NCBI GenBank assembly: GCA_963737655.1 | Contig: CAVTTN010000002.1 | Location: 480,001-544,000 of the forward strand | Source of the DNA: an uncultured Planctomycetota bacterium | Lineage (GTDB): Bacteria; Planctomycetota; Planctomycetia; Isosphaerales; Isosphaeraceae | Direction: 5' to 3' | DNA: 64,000 nucleotides | Part shown: positions 11,612 to 21,319 of the stretch, in pieces | Layout: each line of letters opens with the position of its first letter | Numbering within the stretch: position 1 is the first letter of the stretch | The notes under the pieces: model-generated | Database searches by the model: none | Told to the model about the DNA's origin: nothing | Seen by the model: only the letters and a program-made list of their open reading frames with translations | Made by a program: the position numbers and the translations under genes

Positions 11612-11801
11612 CGAGGATTCCACCGAAATCACTCCGAGGAGAGAGAAGGGAGGCGACGATCGGGAAATCGGGCCCCGCCCGGCCGGGGGCGGCCCGCGAA
11701 ACACCCTCGACCCGGGGGTCGAGGATGCCGCCCGGCCCCTTTCTCGGCCGGACATTTCACCGCGGGCCGCCCCCGCCCGGCCGGGGCCCGAGACGGGCGG
11801 T

Positions 11802-11930
11802 TCAGAACCGCTCGGGGCGGATCATGGCGACGGTCAGGTAGACCAGCGCCAGGACGGTCAGCGCGGCCGAGAGCCAGAGGACGAACGGGCTGCCCCCGTG
11901 GGCAGCGGCGGAGGCGATCAACGGATTCAT
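11802..11930 (-). CDS. kdpF: KdpF membrane peptide (42 aa), not in the ORF track
   Basis: Translated by hand: MNPLIASAAAHGGSPFVLWLSAALTVLALVYLTVAMIRPERF. Carries the KdpF signature YLxxAxxxPERF and lies just upstream of kdpA. Confidence 0.88.
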   Translation of the reverse strand: MNPLIASAAAHGGSPFVLWLSAALTVLALVYLTVAMIRPERF

Positions 11931-11951
11931 CGTCGAGGACGCTCCGAGGGG

Positions 11952-12032
11952 TCAAAGTCGCTCGCACGCGGCGACCAGGGCGAAGAAGAGGGCGAACATC
12001 ACCGCCCCGAGGGCGAACGTCATCAGGGTCAT
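11952..12032 (-). CDS. Second kdp-associated hydrophobic peptide (26 aa, KdpZ/KdpG-like)
   Basis: MTLMTFALGAVMFALFFALVAACERL. GGAG RBS, one TM helix, ends 21 nt before kdpF. Confidence 0.7.
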   Translation of the reverse strand: MTLMTFALGAVMFALFFALVAACERL

Positions 12033-12094
12033 CTTGAGGCTCCGTCGCAAGTGGGCCCGGCGCTCGGCTTCCGTGAATTCGAGGCGAGAGGCCG

Positions 12095-12109
12095 GCAGGG
12101 ACCACGCCA
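12095..12109 (-). promoter_or_regulatory. Candidate sigma-54 (-24/-12) promoter for the kdp structural genes
   Basis: Minus strand TGGCGTGGTCCCTGC = TGGC with GG-N10-GC spacing, intergenic, ~60 nt upstream of the first kdp peptide. Confidence 0.5.
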
Positions 12110-12136
12110 TCCCGGGTTCCCATCTCCTCGTCCGGT

Positions 12137-12862
12137 TCATGAGTTCACTCCCTGGTCCAGAGGAATATCGCTGTGCCCGAACGTGAATCGTTCGTAATAC
12201 CGCTTCATGTTGTTCCGTGCCGGGGCATGGCGGGGATCGGCCTTCAGGGCCGCCCGGTATTCCCGGTACGAGGCGTCGTGCTCGCCCCGGAGCTCGTGGA
12301 GGACCCCCTTGAGGTTGTGCGCCTCGGCCGACGCCGGATTCAGCGCCAGGGCCTCGCGGAGGAAGATGTCCGCGTCGTCGAACCGCCTCCGGGTCAGCGA
12401 CCACTTGGCCCGCGAAAGCTCCTCGGCGAACTTCGATTCCACCGTGACCGGACCGATCGGCATCGGAGGGACGGGCTTGGCCTTCGAGGGCCCCCGGCGG
12501 TCCAGGACGTCCTGGACCGCCGAGCGGAGCGCGATCGGCCCGATCGGCTTGGAGAGGAAGTCGATCGCCCCGAGCTTCATCGCCTTCACCGCGTCGGGCA
12601 CGGTGCCGTGGGCCGTCACGATGATCACCGGGACGTCGTCGCCGCGGTCGCGGAGCGCGGCCAGGACGTCCATCCCGTCCATCCCGGGCATCCTCAGGTC
12701 GAGCAGGACGAGGTCGAACGGGTCGCTCGCCAGCCACAACAGCGCCGAAGGCCCGTCCTCGGCCGCCATCACCTCGAACCCCGACGACTCCAGGGCCGTC
12801 TTGAACACGAGGCGGACGTTCGGCTCATCGTCGACGATCAGGAGTTTTTTGGGAGTGTTCAT
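12137..12862 (-). CDS. Response regulator: REC + TPR, no DNA-binding domain
   Basis: LIVDDE, LLDLRMPG, TAHG and FLSKP. TPR-like C-terminus EALALNPASAEAHNLKG...ALKADPRHAPARNN. Confidence 0.88.
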   Translation of the reverse strand: MNTPKKLLIVDDEPNVRLVFKTALESSGFEVMAAEDGPSALLWLASDPFDLVLLDLRMPGMDGMDVLAALRDRGDDVPVIIVTAHGTVPDAVKAMKLGAIDFLSKPIGPIALRSAVQDVLDRRGPSKAKPVPPMPIGPVTVESKFAEELSRAKWSLTRRRFDDADIFLREALALNPASAEAHNLKGVLHELRGEHDASYREYRAALKADPRHAPARNNMKRYYERFTFGHSDIPLDQGVNS

Positions 12863-12865
12863 TCG

Positions 12866-14704
12866 TCAATCCTCCGAGGCCATGTCCGCGACGGGCAGGG
12901 TGAAGGTGAACGCGGCCCCTCGTCCGGGTCCGCTCGCCACGTCGATCGTCCCGCCGTGGGCCAGGACGATCTCGCGGGCGATCGCCAGCCCGAGCCCGGC
13001 CCCTCGCGGCGCCTTCGAGCCCGGGACGCGATAAAACCGCTCGAAAACTCGCGAAAGGTACTCTTCGGCGATCCCCTCGCCGGTGTCGGCCACGGTCACC
13101 ATGACGAATCGGCCAAGGAGCTTCGCATCGATGCGGACCGACCCGCCCCGATCGGTGTGATCCAGCGCGTTGCCGATGAGGTTATCGAAGACATGGGCCA
13201 CTCGGTCGGGATCGACCAGGACCGCGGGCAAGCCCGGTGCGACATCCGCCGTCAGATCGATCCCGCGATCCCTCGCCCGGCTGATCTGCCGCTCGACGGC
13301 CGCCGAGACCGCCTCCGAAGGGGGGATCGGGCGGAGGTCCAGGCGGACGCGACCCTGCTCGATCCGGGTGAGGTCCAGCAGGTCATTGACCATCGCCAGG
13401 AGCCGATCCGAGTCCTGCCGGGCCGCCATCAACAGCTCGGTCTGCTTGGCCGAGAGCGGCCCGACGACCTCCTCCAGCAGCAGGTGAACGGCCATCTGAA
13501 TGCTCGTCAACGGCGTCTTGAGTTCGTGGCTGACGGTGGAGACCATGTCGCTCTTGAGCTGGTCGAGCATGCGGAACCGCGTGACGTCGGACATCACCAC
13601 GGCGGCTCCCAGGAGCCCGCCCTCGGCGTCGCGGATGCCCAGGACGCGGGGCAGGAGGAAGCGTTCCTGGCCGTCGTCGCGGAGGGCGATGGCATGGTCG
13701 AAGCTCGTGGGCAAGAAGTCCGGATCGCCGCGAAGGACGGCCGCCAGGGGCGCCTTGAGGGTCGGCGGGGCCGACCACGGCACGCTCGAACCCTCGACGG
13801 GCACCGCCCCCAGGAGCCTCCGGGCCGCCGGGTTCGCCCGCTCGACGGCCGCCAGCGGATCGACGACGACCACGGGGTCGGGGAACGAGTCGATCGTGGC
13901 CTGGGCCGTCTTCTGGGCCCGGACCAGACGGGCGGTCCCGCTCTGGCGGAACTCGCGGATCGTCCGGGCCATCGAGTTGAACGCCGAGGCGAGCTCGCCG
14001 AGCTCGTCGCGAGAGACGACCGGCACGACCTGCTCCATGTCCCCCCGCGCCATCATCCGGGCCCCGTGGGTCACCGCGACGATCGGCCCGAGGATCGACC
14101 GGCTCAGCAACGCCGCGACGGCCGTCGCCACCAGGGCCGAGCCGATCATCGCGACGATCATGCCCCGCATCGAGCCCGAGGCCGCCGCGCGGGCCTGTCG
14201 GTCCATGGCCTCCATGTTCCCCTGGTTCAGCAATCGGACGTCGTCCGCCCGGTCCTTGATCCGGTTGAACGTCGGCAGGATCTCCGCGAAATAGAGGGCC
14301 GTCCGCTCCTCGGCCGGCGCCTCGAAGAACCGCTCGGAGAGCCGGAAATAGCGGTCCCGGAGGGTCGTGAGGTCGGCGACGAGTTCGTCTTCGCGAGGAT
14401 GGATCGTGATATTCTGGCGCTCTCGCTCGAAATTCTCCTCGAAGCGGGGGCGGTTCTCGGCGAACTGCTCGCGACCCCGCGACCCCTGGCCGCCGATGGC
14501 GAACAGCAACGCCGAATCCATGCGCTCCAGGGCGTCTTTCATCTCCTGGGCGGCCAGGACGCTGCGATAATTCTCCTTCAAGATGACCTCGATGTTCCCG
14601 CCCAGACGCGAGAACATGAACACGGCCCAAAGCCCCAGGCCGACCAGGATGGCCAGCAACGGGGCAACGCCAATCAGGAACCGGACCCGCAACGTCTTGA
14701 TCAT
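12866..14704 (-). CDS. Sensor histidine kinase (TM-periplasmic helical sensor-TM-HAMP-PAS-HisKA-HATPase), KinB-like
   Basis: ILKENYRSV sensor segment, SRDELGELASAFNSM HAMP, H-box VSHELKTPLT, NLIGNAL, DTGEGI and GAGLGLAI. Confidence 0.9.
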   Translation of the reverse strand: MIKTLRVRFLIGVAPLLAILVGLGLWAVFMFSRLGGNIEVILKENYRSVLAAQEMKDALERMDSALLFAIGGQGSRGREQFAENRPRFEENFERERQNITIHPREDELVADLTTLRDRYFRLSERFFEAPAEERTALYFAEILPTFNRIKDRADDVRLLNQGNMEAMDRQARAAASGSMRGMIVAMIGSALVATAVAALLSRSILGPIVAVTHGARMMARGDMEQVVPVVSRDELGELASAFNSMARTIREFRQSGTARLVRAQKTAQATIDSFPDPVVVVDPLAAVERANPAARRLLGAVPVEGSSVPWSAPPTLKAPLAAVLRGDPDFLPTSFDHAIALRDDGQERFLLPRVLGIRDAEGGLLGAAVVMSDVTRFRMLDQLKSDMVSTVSHELKTPLTSIQMAVHLLLEEVVGPLSAKQTELLMAARQDSDRLLAMVNDLLDLTRIEQGRVRLDLRPIPPSEAVSAAVERQISRARDRGIDLTADVAPGLPAVLVDPDRVAHVFDNLIGNALDHTDRGGSVRIDAKLLGRFVMVTVADTGEGIAEEYLSRVFERFYRVPGSKAPRGAGLGLAIAREIVLAHGGTIDVASGPGRGAAFTFTLPVADMASED

Positions 14705-14737
14705 CGGACCCTCATCGGGGACGTGGATCCCGGGGAA

Positions 14738-14753
14738 TGCATCGGCCGTGCCA
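14738..14753 (-). promoter_or_regulatory. Sigma-54 (-24/-12) promoter upstream of the kinase gene
   Basis: Minus strand TGGCACGGCCGATGCA, one mismatch from the TGGCACG-N4-TTGCW consensus, 34 nt before the kinase start. Confidence 0.75.
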
Positions 14754-14833
14754 ACAGGCCCTGATGATACGCAAGTGGCGTCTGCGAATCGACTTCGGAA
14801 GGCCCGCCAGACGCGAGCCGGTCCCGCTCGCCC

Positions 14834-14879
14834 CGTGCCGACCCGTGCGGAACGCGGCGGCGCCCGTGCGATTTGCACG
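14834..14879. promoter_or_regulatory. Candidate upstream activator (enhancer) sites
   Basis: CGTGC at 14834, 14844 and 14865 (10- and 21-bp spacing). The last is a palindrome, CGTGC-N5-GCACG. They lie 80-125 bp upstream of the -24 element. Confidence 0.45.
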
Positions 14880-14933
14880 ATCGGCGCAGGGGACCGCCGC
14901 CGTCGAGGTCCGAGGCCGGGCCGCCCGTCCGCC

Positions 14934-16274
14934 TCAGAGGCCGTAGCCTTTTCGCTTGCGGTAGAGCGTGCTCGGGTCGATCCCCAGCGTCTTCGCCGCC
15001 GCTTCCAGGCTCGGCGAGGCGGCGAGGACCCGGCGGATGTGCTCCATCTCGAGCCGATCGAGCGGGATCGGCCCGCCCACCTCCACGGCCGAACCCGCTC
15101 GGTCCGGCGGCCCCGAAGCGATCCGCTCGGGGAGGTCCGCCAGGCCGATCTCGTCGCCGAGGGCGAGGATCACCGCGCGCTCGACGGCGTTGCGGAGCTC
15201 GCGGAGGTTGCCCGGCCAGGGGTGCCGCCTCATCGCGGCCCTCGCCTCGGCCGAGAAGCCCGAGAGCTTCCGCCCGGTCTGCCCGGCGAAGAACCGGAGG
15301 TAGCCGTCGGCCAGGGCGTCGAGGTCGGTCCGACTCCTCAACGGCGGCAACGTCAGCTCGACGACATTCAAACGATAGAGCAAATCCTCACGAAACGCCC
15401 CCGAGGCCACCGCAAGTTCCAGGTCGCGATTCGTGGCCGCCACCAGGCGGACGTCGGCACTCCTGGTCCTCGTCTCGCCGACTCGCTCGTAGCGCCTTTC
15501 CTGGAGGAAGCGGAGCAGCTTGGGCTGAAGGGGCGCGGGCAGGTCGCCGATCTCGTCCAGGAACAGGGTCCCGCCCTCGGCCGCGGCCACCTTGCCGGGC
15601 GAGTCGCGAATCGCGCCGGTGAACGCGCCCTTGACGTGGCCGAAGAGGTCGCTCTCCAGCAAGTCGGGGCTGAGGCTCGGGCAACTGACCGTGACCATCG
15701 GCCCCGACGCCCTCCGGCCCCAGGCGTGGAGGGCGCGGGCCAGGACCCCCTTGCCCGTGCCGTTCTCGCCACGAATTAACACGGCGGCATCCGTCGGCGC
15801 AACGCGGCGAGCCGTCGCAAACACGGCGGCGACCCCCGGGTCTCGGCCCTCGAAATCGGCCTCGGGGACCTCGCTCCGGACGCGGTCCTCCAGGGCCGCG
15901 ACCCGCCCGGATAGCCCCCGGGCGCGCTCGACCCGCTCCAGGACGCCGCGCACCTGGGCCGGCGTGAACGGCTTGGCGAGGAAATCGAACGCCCCTCGAC
16001 GCATCGCCTCCACGGCCGCATCGATCGACGCGTGGGCGGTGATCACGATCACCATCGCTCGCGGGAGGATCTCGCGGAGCGGTCCCAGCAGGTCCAGGCC
16101 CGACTCGGCGCCGAGCCTCAGGTCGACGAACGCGACGTCGAACCCGCGCCGATCGGCCTCGCGCAACGCCTCGGCCGCGTTCGCCGCGCCGAAAGGCTCG
16201 TGGCCCGCCGCTTCGAGGGCCACGCCGAGCGTCTTGCGGATGTTCGGCTCGTCGTCGACGATCAGGATGCGCAT
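14934..16274 (-). CDS. Sigma-54-dependent response regulator (NtrC family, AlgB-like)
   Basis: REC domain, [40 protein letters not shown] and [10 protein letters not shown], plus a Fis-type HTH ([11 protein letters not shown]). Confidence 0.95.
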   Translation of the reverse strand: MRILIVDDEPNIRKTLGVALEAAGHEPFGAANAAEALREADRRGFDVAFVDLRLGAESGLDLLGPLREILPRAMVIVITAHASIDAAVEAMRRGAFDFLAKPFTPAQVRGVLERVERARGLSGRVAALEDRVRSEVPEADFEGRDPGVAAVFATARRVAPTDAAVLIRGENGTGKGVLARALHAWGRRASGPMVTVSCPSLSPDLLESDLFGHVKGAFTGAIRDSPGKVAAAEGGTLFLDEIGDLPAPLQPKLLRFLQERRYERVGETRTRSADVRLVAATNRDLELAVASGAFREDLLYRLNVVELTLPPLRSRTDLDALADGYLRFFAGQTGRKLSGFSAEARAAMRRHPWPGNLRELRNAVERAVILALGDEIGLADLPERIASGPPDRAGSAVEVGGPIPLDRLEMEHIRRVLAASPSLEAAAKTLGIDPSTLYRKRKGYGL

Positions 16275-16290
16275 CGAAATCTCGATCCGA

Positions 16291-16722
16291 TCAATCCCGA
16301 GGGGGGAAGACGTCCGGGGCGATCTGGTATCCCTCGGCGATCGCGTTGGTCGAGTTGAAGAGGCCGACGATCGCCAGGACCTCCCCCAGCGCCTCGACGT
16401 CCAGCCCGAGCTTGCGGACGGCCGCCGAGTGCGAACTCACACAGTAGGAGCAACCGTTCGTGGCCGAGACCGCCAGCGCGATGATCTCGCGAGTGAGCGG
16501 GTCGAGGCGGCCGGCCCGGCCTTCGCTCTCGGGATGCATCAGCGATTTCAGGCGGGTCCAGACCATCTCCAGGTGCGCCGGGTTCGTGGCCAGGACCCGC
16601 CAGAATCTCGGCACGAAGTCCAGATGCTTGGTCGCCTTGATGTCGGCGAACACGGCGGCGACGAGGCCCGTCGCTTCGGATTCCTCGACCGGACGGACCG
16701 TCGCCTCGGGTCGTTCGTCCAT
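16291..16722 (-). CDS. AhpD/carboxymuconolactone decarboxylase family protein
   Basis: [21 protein letters not shown] (CxxC...H). Confidence 0.88.
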   Translation of the reverse strand: MDERPEATVRPVEESEATGLVAAVFADIKATKHLDFVPRFWRVLATNPAHLEMVWTRLKSLMHPESEGRAGRLDPLTREIIALAVSATNGCSYCVSSHSAAVRKLGLDVEALGEVLAIVGLFNSTNAIAEGYQIAPDVFPPRD

Positions 16723-16732
16723 CGTTCGTCCC

Positions 16733-17702
16733 TCAATTCGACTGGGGATGGGGCGACGCGATCGGCCCTTCGGGGCCGTGGACGGCGTTGGACCAGAGGA
16801 GCTGGATCGGCACCGTCCCCGAGCCGTCGGCCAGGGGGACTTCCACCATCACCTTCGACAGGCCGTCGAACCCGGCGAGGCTCATCGGCGTGTCGCCGAT
16901 CTCCTCGGAGGGCCGCTCGTTGGTGACCCACGCGACGGCGCCGGCCTCGACGTCGGCGTCGGTCCTCGCCTCGTTCAATTCGTGATAGAACGTCGCGACG
17001 ATATTCTTCCACGACTGATCGAACGCGACGATCCCGTTGTTGCCCTCGGAATAGGCGCCGATGGCGTAATAGACGGTGTCGCCGTTGGACATCGCGACCG
17101 ACCCGTGGAAGCCGCCGAGCCCTTCGAGCGAGCTCACGGCCCTCTCGAACTCGCCGGATTCATCGCCCGAGCCGTCGTCGATCGTCAGGACCGACCCCTT
17201 GGGGAGCATGAAGTCGAAGACCGTCGAGCCGAAGTCGAACCCCGAGAGCTTGCCGGCGTCGTGGAGCGAGGTGAGCAGAGCCTCGGCGTCGGTCTGCGAG
17301 AACGAGTCCGGCGGGGTGCCGTCCAGGACCGTCGAGGGCCGGAACGTGCTGGTGATCGCCGCGGCGCCTCGGAAATACTGGATCAGAACGTTATTCAAAT
17401 GAGCATCGGACATCGCGGCCGACAGGCCCTTGTCGATCGAGGCGATGTCCGAGGCGTCCCACGCCGCCTGGCCGCCGATGTAGAAATTGGTGAAGACGAG
17501 ATCGGGGATGATCTTGCCGCCGTGATCGTGCAGGTCCAGCTCCGGGTGGGCCTTGAACCCGGAGGCGATCGCCGTGGAGCGGACGGGCTTGCGCGACGCC
17601 GCCGGCGGCGAAATCGCGGCAGAGCCGCTCCGCCTCCGAGCCCGGGGCCACGTTCACCTTCATCGAGGCCCCGATCCACCGAGTCCGCTTCTTCATCGCC
17701 AT
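16733..17702 (-). CDS. Hypothetical protein resembling Phi-1/EXORDIUM-like family (probable frameshift near 17615)
   Basis: The reading frame extends upstream of ORF 17413 ([23 protein letters not shown]). Motifs [19 protein letters not shown] and QLLWSN. The likely N-terminus MAMKKRTRW is in the adjacent frame. Confidence 0.6.
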
Positions 17703-17878
17703 TCCCCCGAATCAAGACGGGCCGAGACCCTCCGGCCCCGATCGTCCATCCTCCCGGAAATGGTCGCGGATTGCGAGCGCACAGAGCGCGAAATCGGCCG
17801 AGGATGGGAGGGACGGCCGCCCTCTCCCTCGTCTCGGGGGAGAGGGTCCGGACTCCGCCCTCGCCCGGCGTCACACGC

Positions 17879-18851
17879 CTACTTGATCAAACGCTCAAGC
17901 GTCTTGCCCAGGTTCGGGCCGCGGAGCTCCAGGCGGATGACCTTCCCCTCGGGATCGACGAGGAACGTGGCGGGGATCGTGTTCACCCCGAAGGCGTCCA
18001 CCACGTCCGCGCCGCTCGTGGCGTTGTGGATTTGCTTCCACGGCATCCTGTGCGTCTTGAGGAAATCGGCCAGCGGCGCCGAGGTCTCGTCCAGGCTGAT
18101 CGACACGACGTCGAACCCCTTGTCGCGGTACTTCTCGTAGGCGGCCTGGACGTTCGGCAGCTCGGCGACGCACGGGGCGCACCAGGTGGCCCAGAAATCC
18201 ACGAGCACGTATTTCCCCTTGAGGTCGCCCAGGCGGAACGGCTTGCCGGAGAGGTCTTTCAGGAGGGGGAAGGGGGCGGGCTGGCCGATCATGTCCAGGC
18301 GGTTCAGGTCGTCCCGGACCTTCGCCCGCAGCTTCGGGCTCTCGGTGAAGCGTTCGAGGAGCCCCTCGTACACCTCGCGGGCCACGCCGTACTCTCCGGC
18401 GGCCGAGGCGGCGGTGGCCAGGCTGTCGGCGAAGTTCGCGGCGAACTCCTCCTGGTCCTCCTGGCCCAGCCCCTTCATCAGCTGCTTGTACGCCAGGCAG
18501 GCCTCGTCGAACTTGCCATCCTCGGCGCGGGCCATCGTCGCGACGATCTGCGCGAGAGGCCGGACGGTCCCGTCGGGCTTCTCCTGGAGGTACTTCTTCG
18601 CCGTGGGCTCGGTCTCCAGGAACCAGTCGTGCTCGATCGCCTTTTCAAACAAGGTCATGAACTGCGCGATCCACGTCCGGCGCCTTCGGGTTCTTCTCGG
18701 CGTAGGCGGCCAGGTCGCGCATCAACTGGCGATCGTGGGCGTCGAGCAGCTCGGCGACGCTCCGGATCGGCGGGGCCGTCGGCGGTTGGGCCCGAGCGGC
18801 GATCGGGGCGAGGAGGGCGAGGACGAGGGCGAAGGCGAGGGGCCTCGGCAT
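17879..18851 (-). CDS. Exported TlpA/ResA-family thiol:disulfide oxidoreductase with N-terminal helical domain (frameshift near 18662)
   Basis: Signal peptide MPRPLAFALVLALLAPIAARA, VLVDFWATWCAPC and TIPATFLVD. One extra base splits the ORF. Confidence 0.88.
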
Positions 18852-19044
18852 GATCGGCGGTCCTTCGGGACGTTCGGCGTCGAGCAAGGCGGGCCGGGAG
18901 TCCGTCCGAGGCCCGCCGGTTCCATGATGATCGGTCCACGCCTTCACGGCAAGGCGCGGAGGGCCCGCCCCCGGATCGGCTGTTCGAGCAGGAGGGGACT
19001 CCCGAGCCTCGCGAGCGGAGCGGCGCCGGCCCCGGGATTCGCCG

Positions 19045-19725
19045 TCACGAGCAGGATTCCTCGGCGATCGCCAGGGGCCGCAGCGACGACGACCAGGCCC
19101 GCGCCGGGGCCTTCGGGTCGGGCCTCGGGGCGTAGGCGTTGCGCCCGAGCAGGGCCGTCGGGATCGTCATCGCGAGGACCCAGAGGTCCAGGCCCAGGCC
19201 CGCGCCGTCGAGGTAGATCAGGTCCCACTCGACCCGGTCGGCCCAGGGGATCGCGTTCCGCCCCATGACCTGCGAGAGCCCGGTGATCCCCGGCCTCGCG
19301 ATCAGGCGGCGCGCCTGCCTCGGGTCGCACAGGGCGTTTTCCCAGGCCAGGAGCGGGCGAGGCCCGACCAGGCTCATCTCCCCCCGGAGGACGTTGACCA
19401 GCTGGGGCAGCTCGTCCAGGCCCGTCCGGCGGAGGACCTGGCCGATCGGGGTGATCCTCGGGTCGTCCGCCGAGACCTCGGGGTGCGAGGGCGACTCGGG
19501 CAGGACCGCGGTCATCGTGCGGAACTTGTAGACCCGGAACGGGCGGCCCCGGCGCCCGCTCCTCTCCTGAGAGAACAGGGCCGGGCCCGGCGTCGTGAGG
19601 CGGATCGCCAGCGCCACGGCGATCATCAGGGGCGAGAGGAGCACGAGCCCGGCCGAGGCCCCGACCACGTCGAGGGCCCTCTTCAGGGCCGGGGCCCACG
19701 GCGGGGCGTCCGAAGTGAGGCCCAT
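19045..19725 (-). CDS. Sugar transferase (undecaprenyl-phosphate phosphoglycosyl transferase)
   Basis: KRALDV, YKFRTM, DDPRIT, LDELPQLVNVLRGEMSLVGPRP and RPGITGLSQV. Confidence 0.93.
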   Translation of the reverse strand: MGLTSDAPPWAPALKRALDVVGASAGLVLLSPLMIAVALAIRLTTPGPALFSQERSGRRGRPFRVYKFRTMTAVLPESPSHPEVSADDPRITPIGQVLRRTGLDELPQLVNVLRGEMSLVGPRPLLAWENALCDPRQARRLIARPGITGLSQVMGRNAIPWADRVEWDLIYLDGAGLGLDLWVLAMTIPTALLGRNAYAPRPDPKAPARAWSSSLRPLAIAEESCS

Positions 19726-19793
19726 TCAGGTCGTCTCCGGGGACGATCGAACGTCGCGGGAAGGGAGCGGAGAGGCGTGGACTCGGGGGCCTC

Positions 19794-21197
19794 TCATCGG
19801 GCGCGGCGGAACCGGGGGGCGGCCATCAGGCCGGCGACTCGCGGCGCCCGGGGCCTGGGCAACGACGGCACCGGCACCACTCCGGCCTCGCCCAGGAGGC
19901 GCCCGAGCATCCAGCTCCACCGGGAGCAGCACGCCTCGCGCTCGAAGTCCCGGAGGAACGTCGATCGGCCCCTCTCGCCCATCGCCGAGGCCGCGTCGCC
20001 GTCGGCGGCGAGGGTCTCCAGCGCCTCGACCAGGGCCGAGGTCTCGCCCAGGCGGACGGTCAGCCCGCACCCGCTCTCGCGGATCGTGTCGGCCGTCTCG
20101 CAGTGCTCCGGCCCCACGAACACCGCCGGCCGAGCCGCCGCCATCGCCCCGTAGAGCTTGCACGGCACCACCACTCCGGTCATCTCGCGACGCATGGAGA
20201 TCAGGTGGACGTCGGCCAGCGAGATCGAGGCGTGCAGCTCCTCGCGAGGGAAGTAGTCGAGCAGGAGGACGTTGTCCAGCCCCTCCGCTTCCTTGGCGGC
20301 GACGACCTGCTTCTTCCTCGGGCCGTCGCCGACGAAGAGGAACACGATGTCGTCGCGATGCCGGAGCCTCCGGGCCGCTTCGAGGAACTCGTCGAAGGCG
20401 TGAGCCAGGCCGAGGTTCCCGGAGTACATCGCCACGAACTTGTCGGCCAGTCCGAGCTTCTGGCGGAGCGGATGCCCGTCGCGGGGCATCGGGTAGATCT
20501 CCTCGCGGCGGCTCCAGACATGGATCGTCTCGATCCGGTTCGGCCGGACCTTCTTCGCCTCGATCCGGTCGGCCATGTACGGGCCGAGCACCACCACGCG
20601 GTCGGCCGCGCGGTACACGGCGTCGGAGAGCCACGCCAGAGCGGCGACCACGGGGTTGCGGCGGCCCAGGAGCCCCAGCTCGATCCCGGCGTCGGGATGC
20701 AGGTCCATGCTCCAGAAGACGTGGAGGGTCCGCTTCAAGCGGGCCAGGACCACGCCGATCAGGCCGATGATCGGCGGGGTGGTCAGCGTGACCGTCACGT
20801 CGCATCGGGGCATCGCCACGGCGGCGATCAGGGCCTGGGCGTAGAAGCTCAGGTAATCGACCATCCGCCGGGCGAACGACCGCCGGCCCAGGGACGTCGA
20901 TCCCACCCGGTGGATCCGGACGCCGTTGTGGACCTCGTGCGACGGCACCGAGGACCTCTTGCCCTGGTAGCCGCCCTTGCTGCACAGCACGTGGCACTCA
21001 TACCCCCGATCGGCCAGGCTCTCGGCCAGGTCGGTCAGGTGCTGCGCCGTGCTCGCGCGGTCGGGCCAGTAATACTGGTTGATGAACAGGAGCTTGGTCG
21101 GGCCCGTCGGGGTGGCCGGGCCGGCTTCGGCCCGGCTCAGGCCGCGATCGGTCCGGACCTTCCGCGACCGGTCCAGGAGACGCTTCCCTGCGCCCAT
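19794..21197 (-). CDS. GT4 family glycosyltransferase (WbuB/WcaI-like)
   Basis: INQYYWPD...TAQHLTDLA, MDLHPD, YSGNLGLAH and VPCKLYGAMAAARP. Confidence 0.9.
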   Translation of the reverse strand: MGAGKRLLDRSRKVRTDRGLSRAEAGPATPTGPTKLLFINQYYWPDRASTAQHLTDLAESLADRGYECHVLCSKGGYQGKRSSVPSHEVHNGVRIHRVGSTSLGRRSFARRMVDYLSFYAQALIAAVAMPRCDVTVTLTTPPIIGLIGVVLARLKRTLHVFWSMDLHPDAGIELGLLGRRNPVVAALAWLSDAVYRAADRVVVLGPYMADRIEAKKVRPNRIETIHVWSRREEIYPMPRDGHPLRQKLGLADKFVAMYSGNLGLAHAFDEFLEAARRLRHRDDIVFLFVGDGPRKKQVVAAKEAEGLDNVLLLDYFPREELHASISLADVHLISMRREMTGVVVPCKLYGAMAAARPAVFVGPEHCETADTIRESGCGLTVRLGETSALVEALETLAADGDAASAMGERGRSTFLRDFEREACCSRWSWMLGRLLGEAGVVPVPSLPRPRAPRVAGLMAAPRFRRAR

Positions 21198-21319
21198 TCT
21201 CGGGGTCCTCCCGGGGAGAGGCGGGTTCCATCCCGCCGATCTGGAATCGGATCAATCGGTTCGCTTCGCTTCCGTTCGGACGGACGCACGAGGGCCGGAT
21301 CGGCCGGCCCCCCGCCTGC

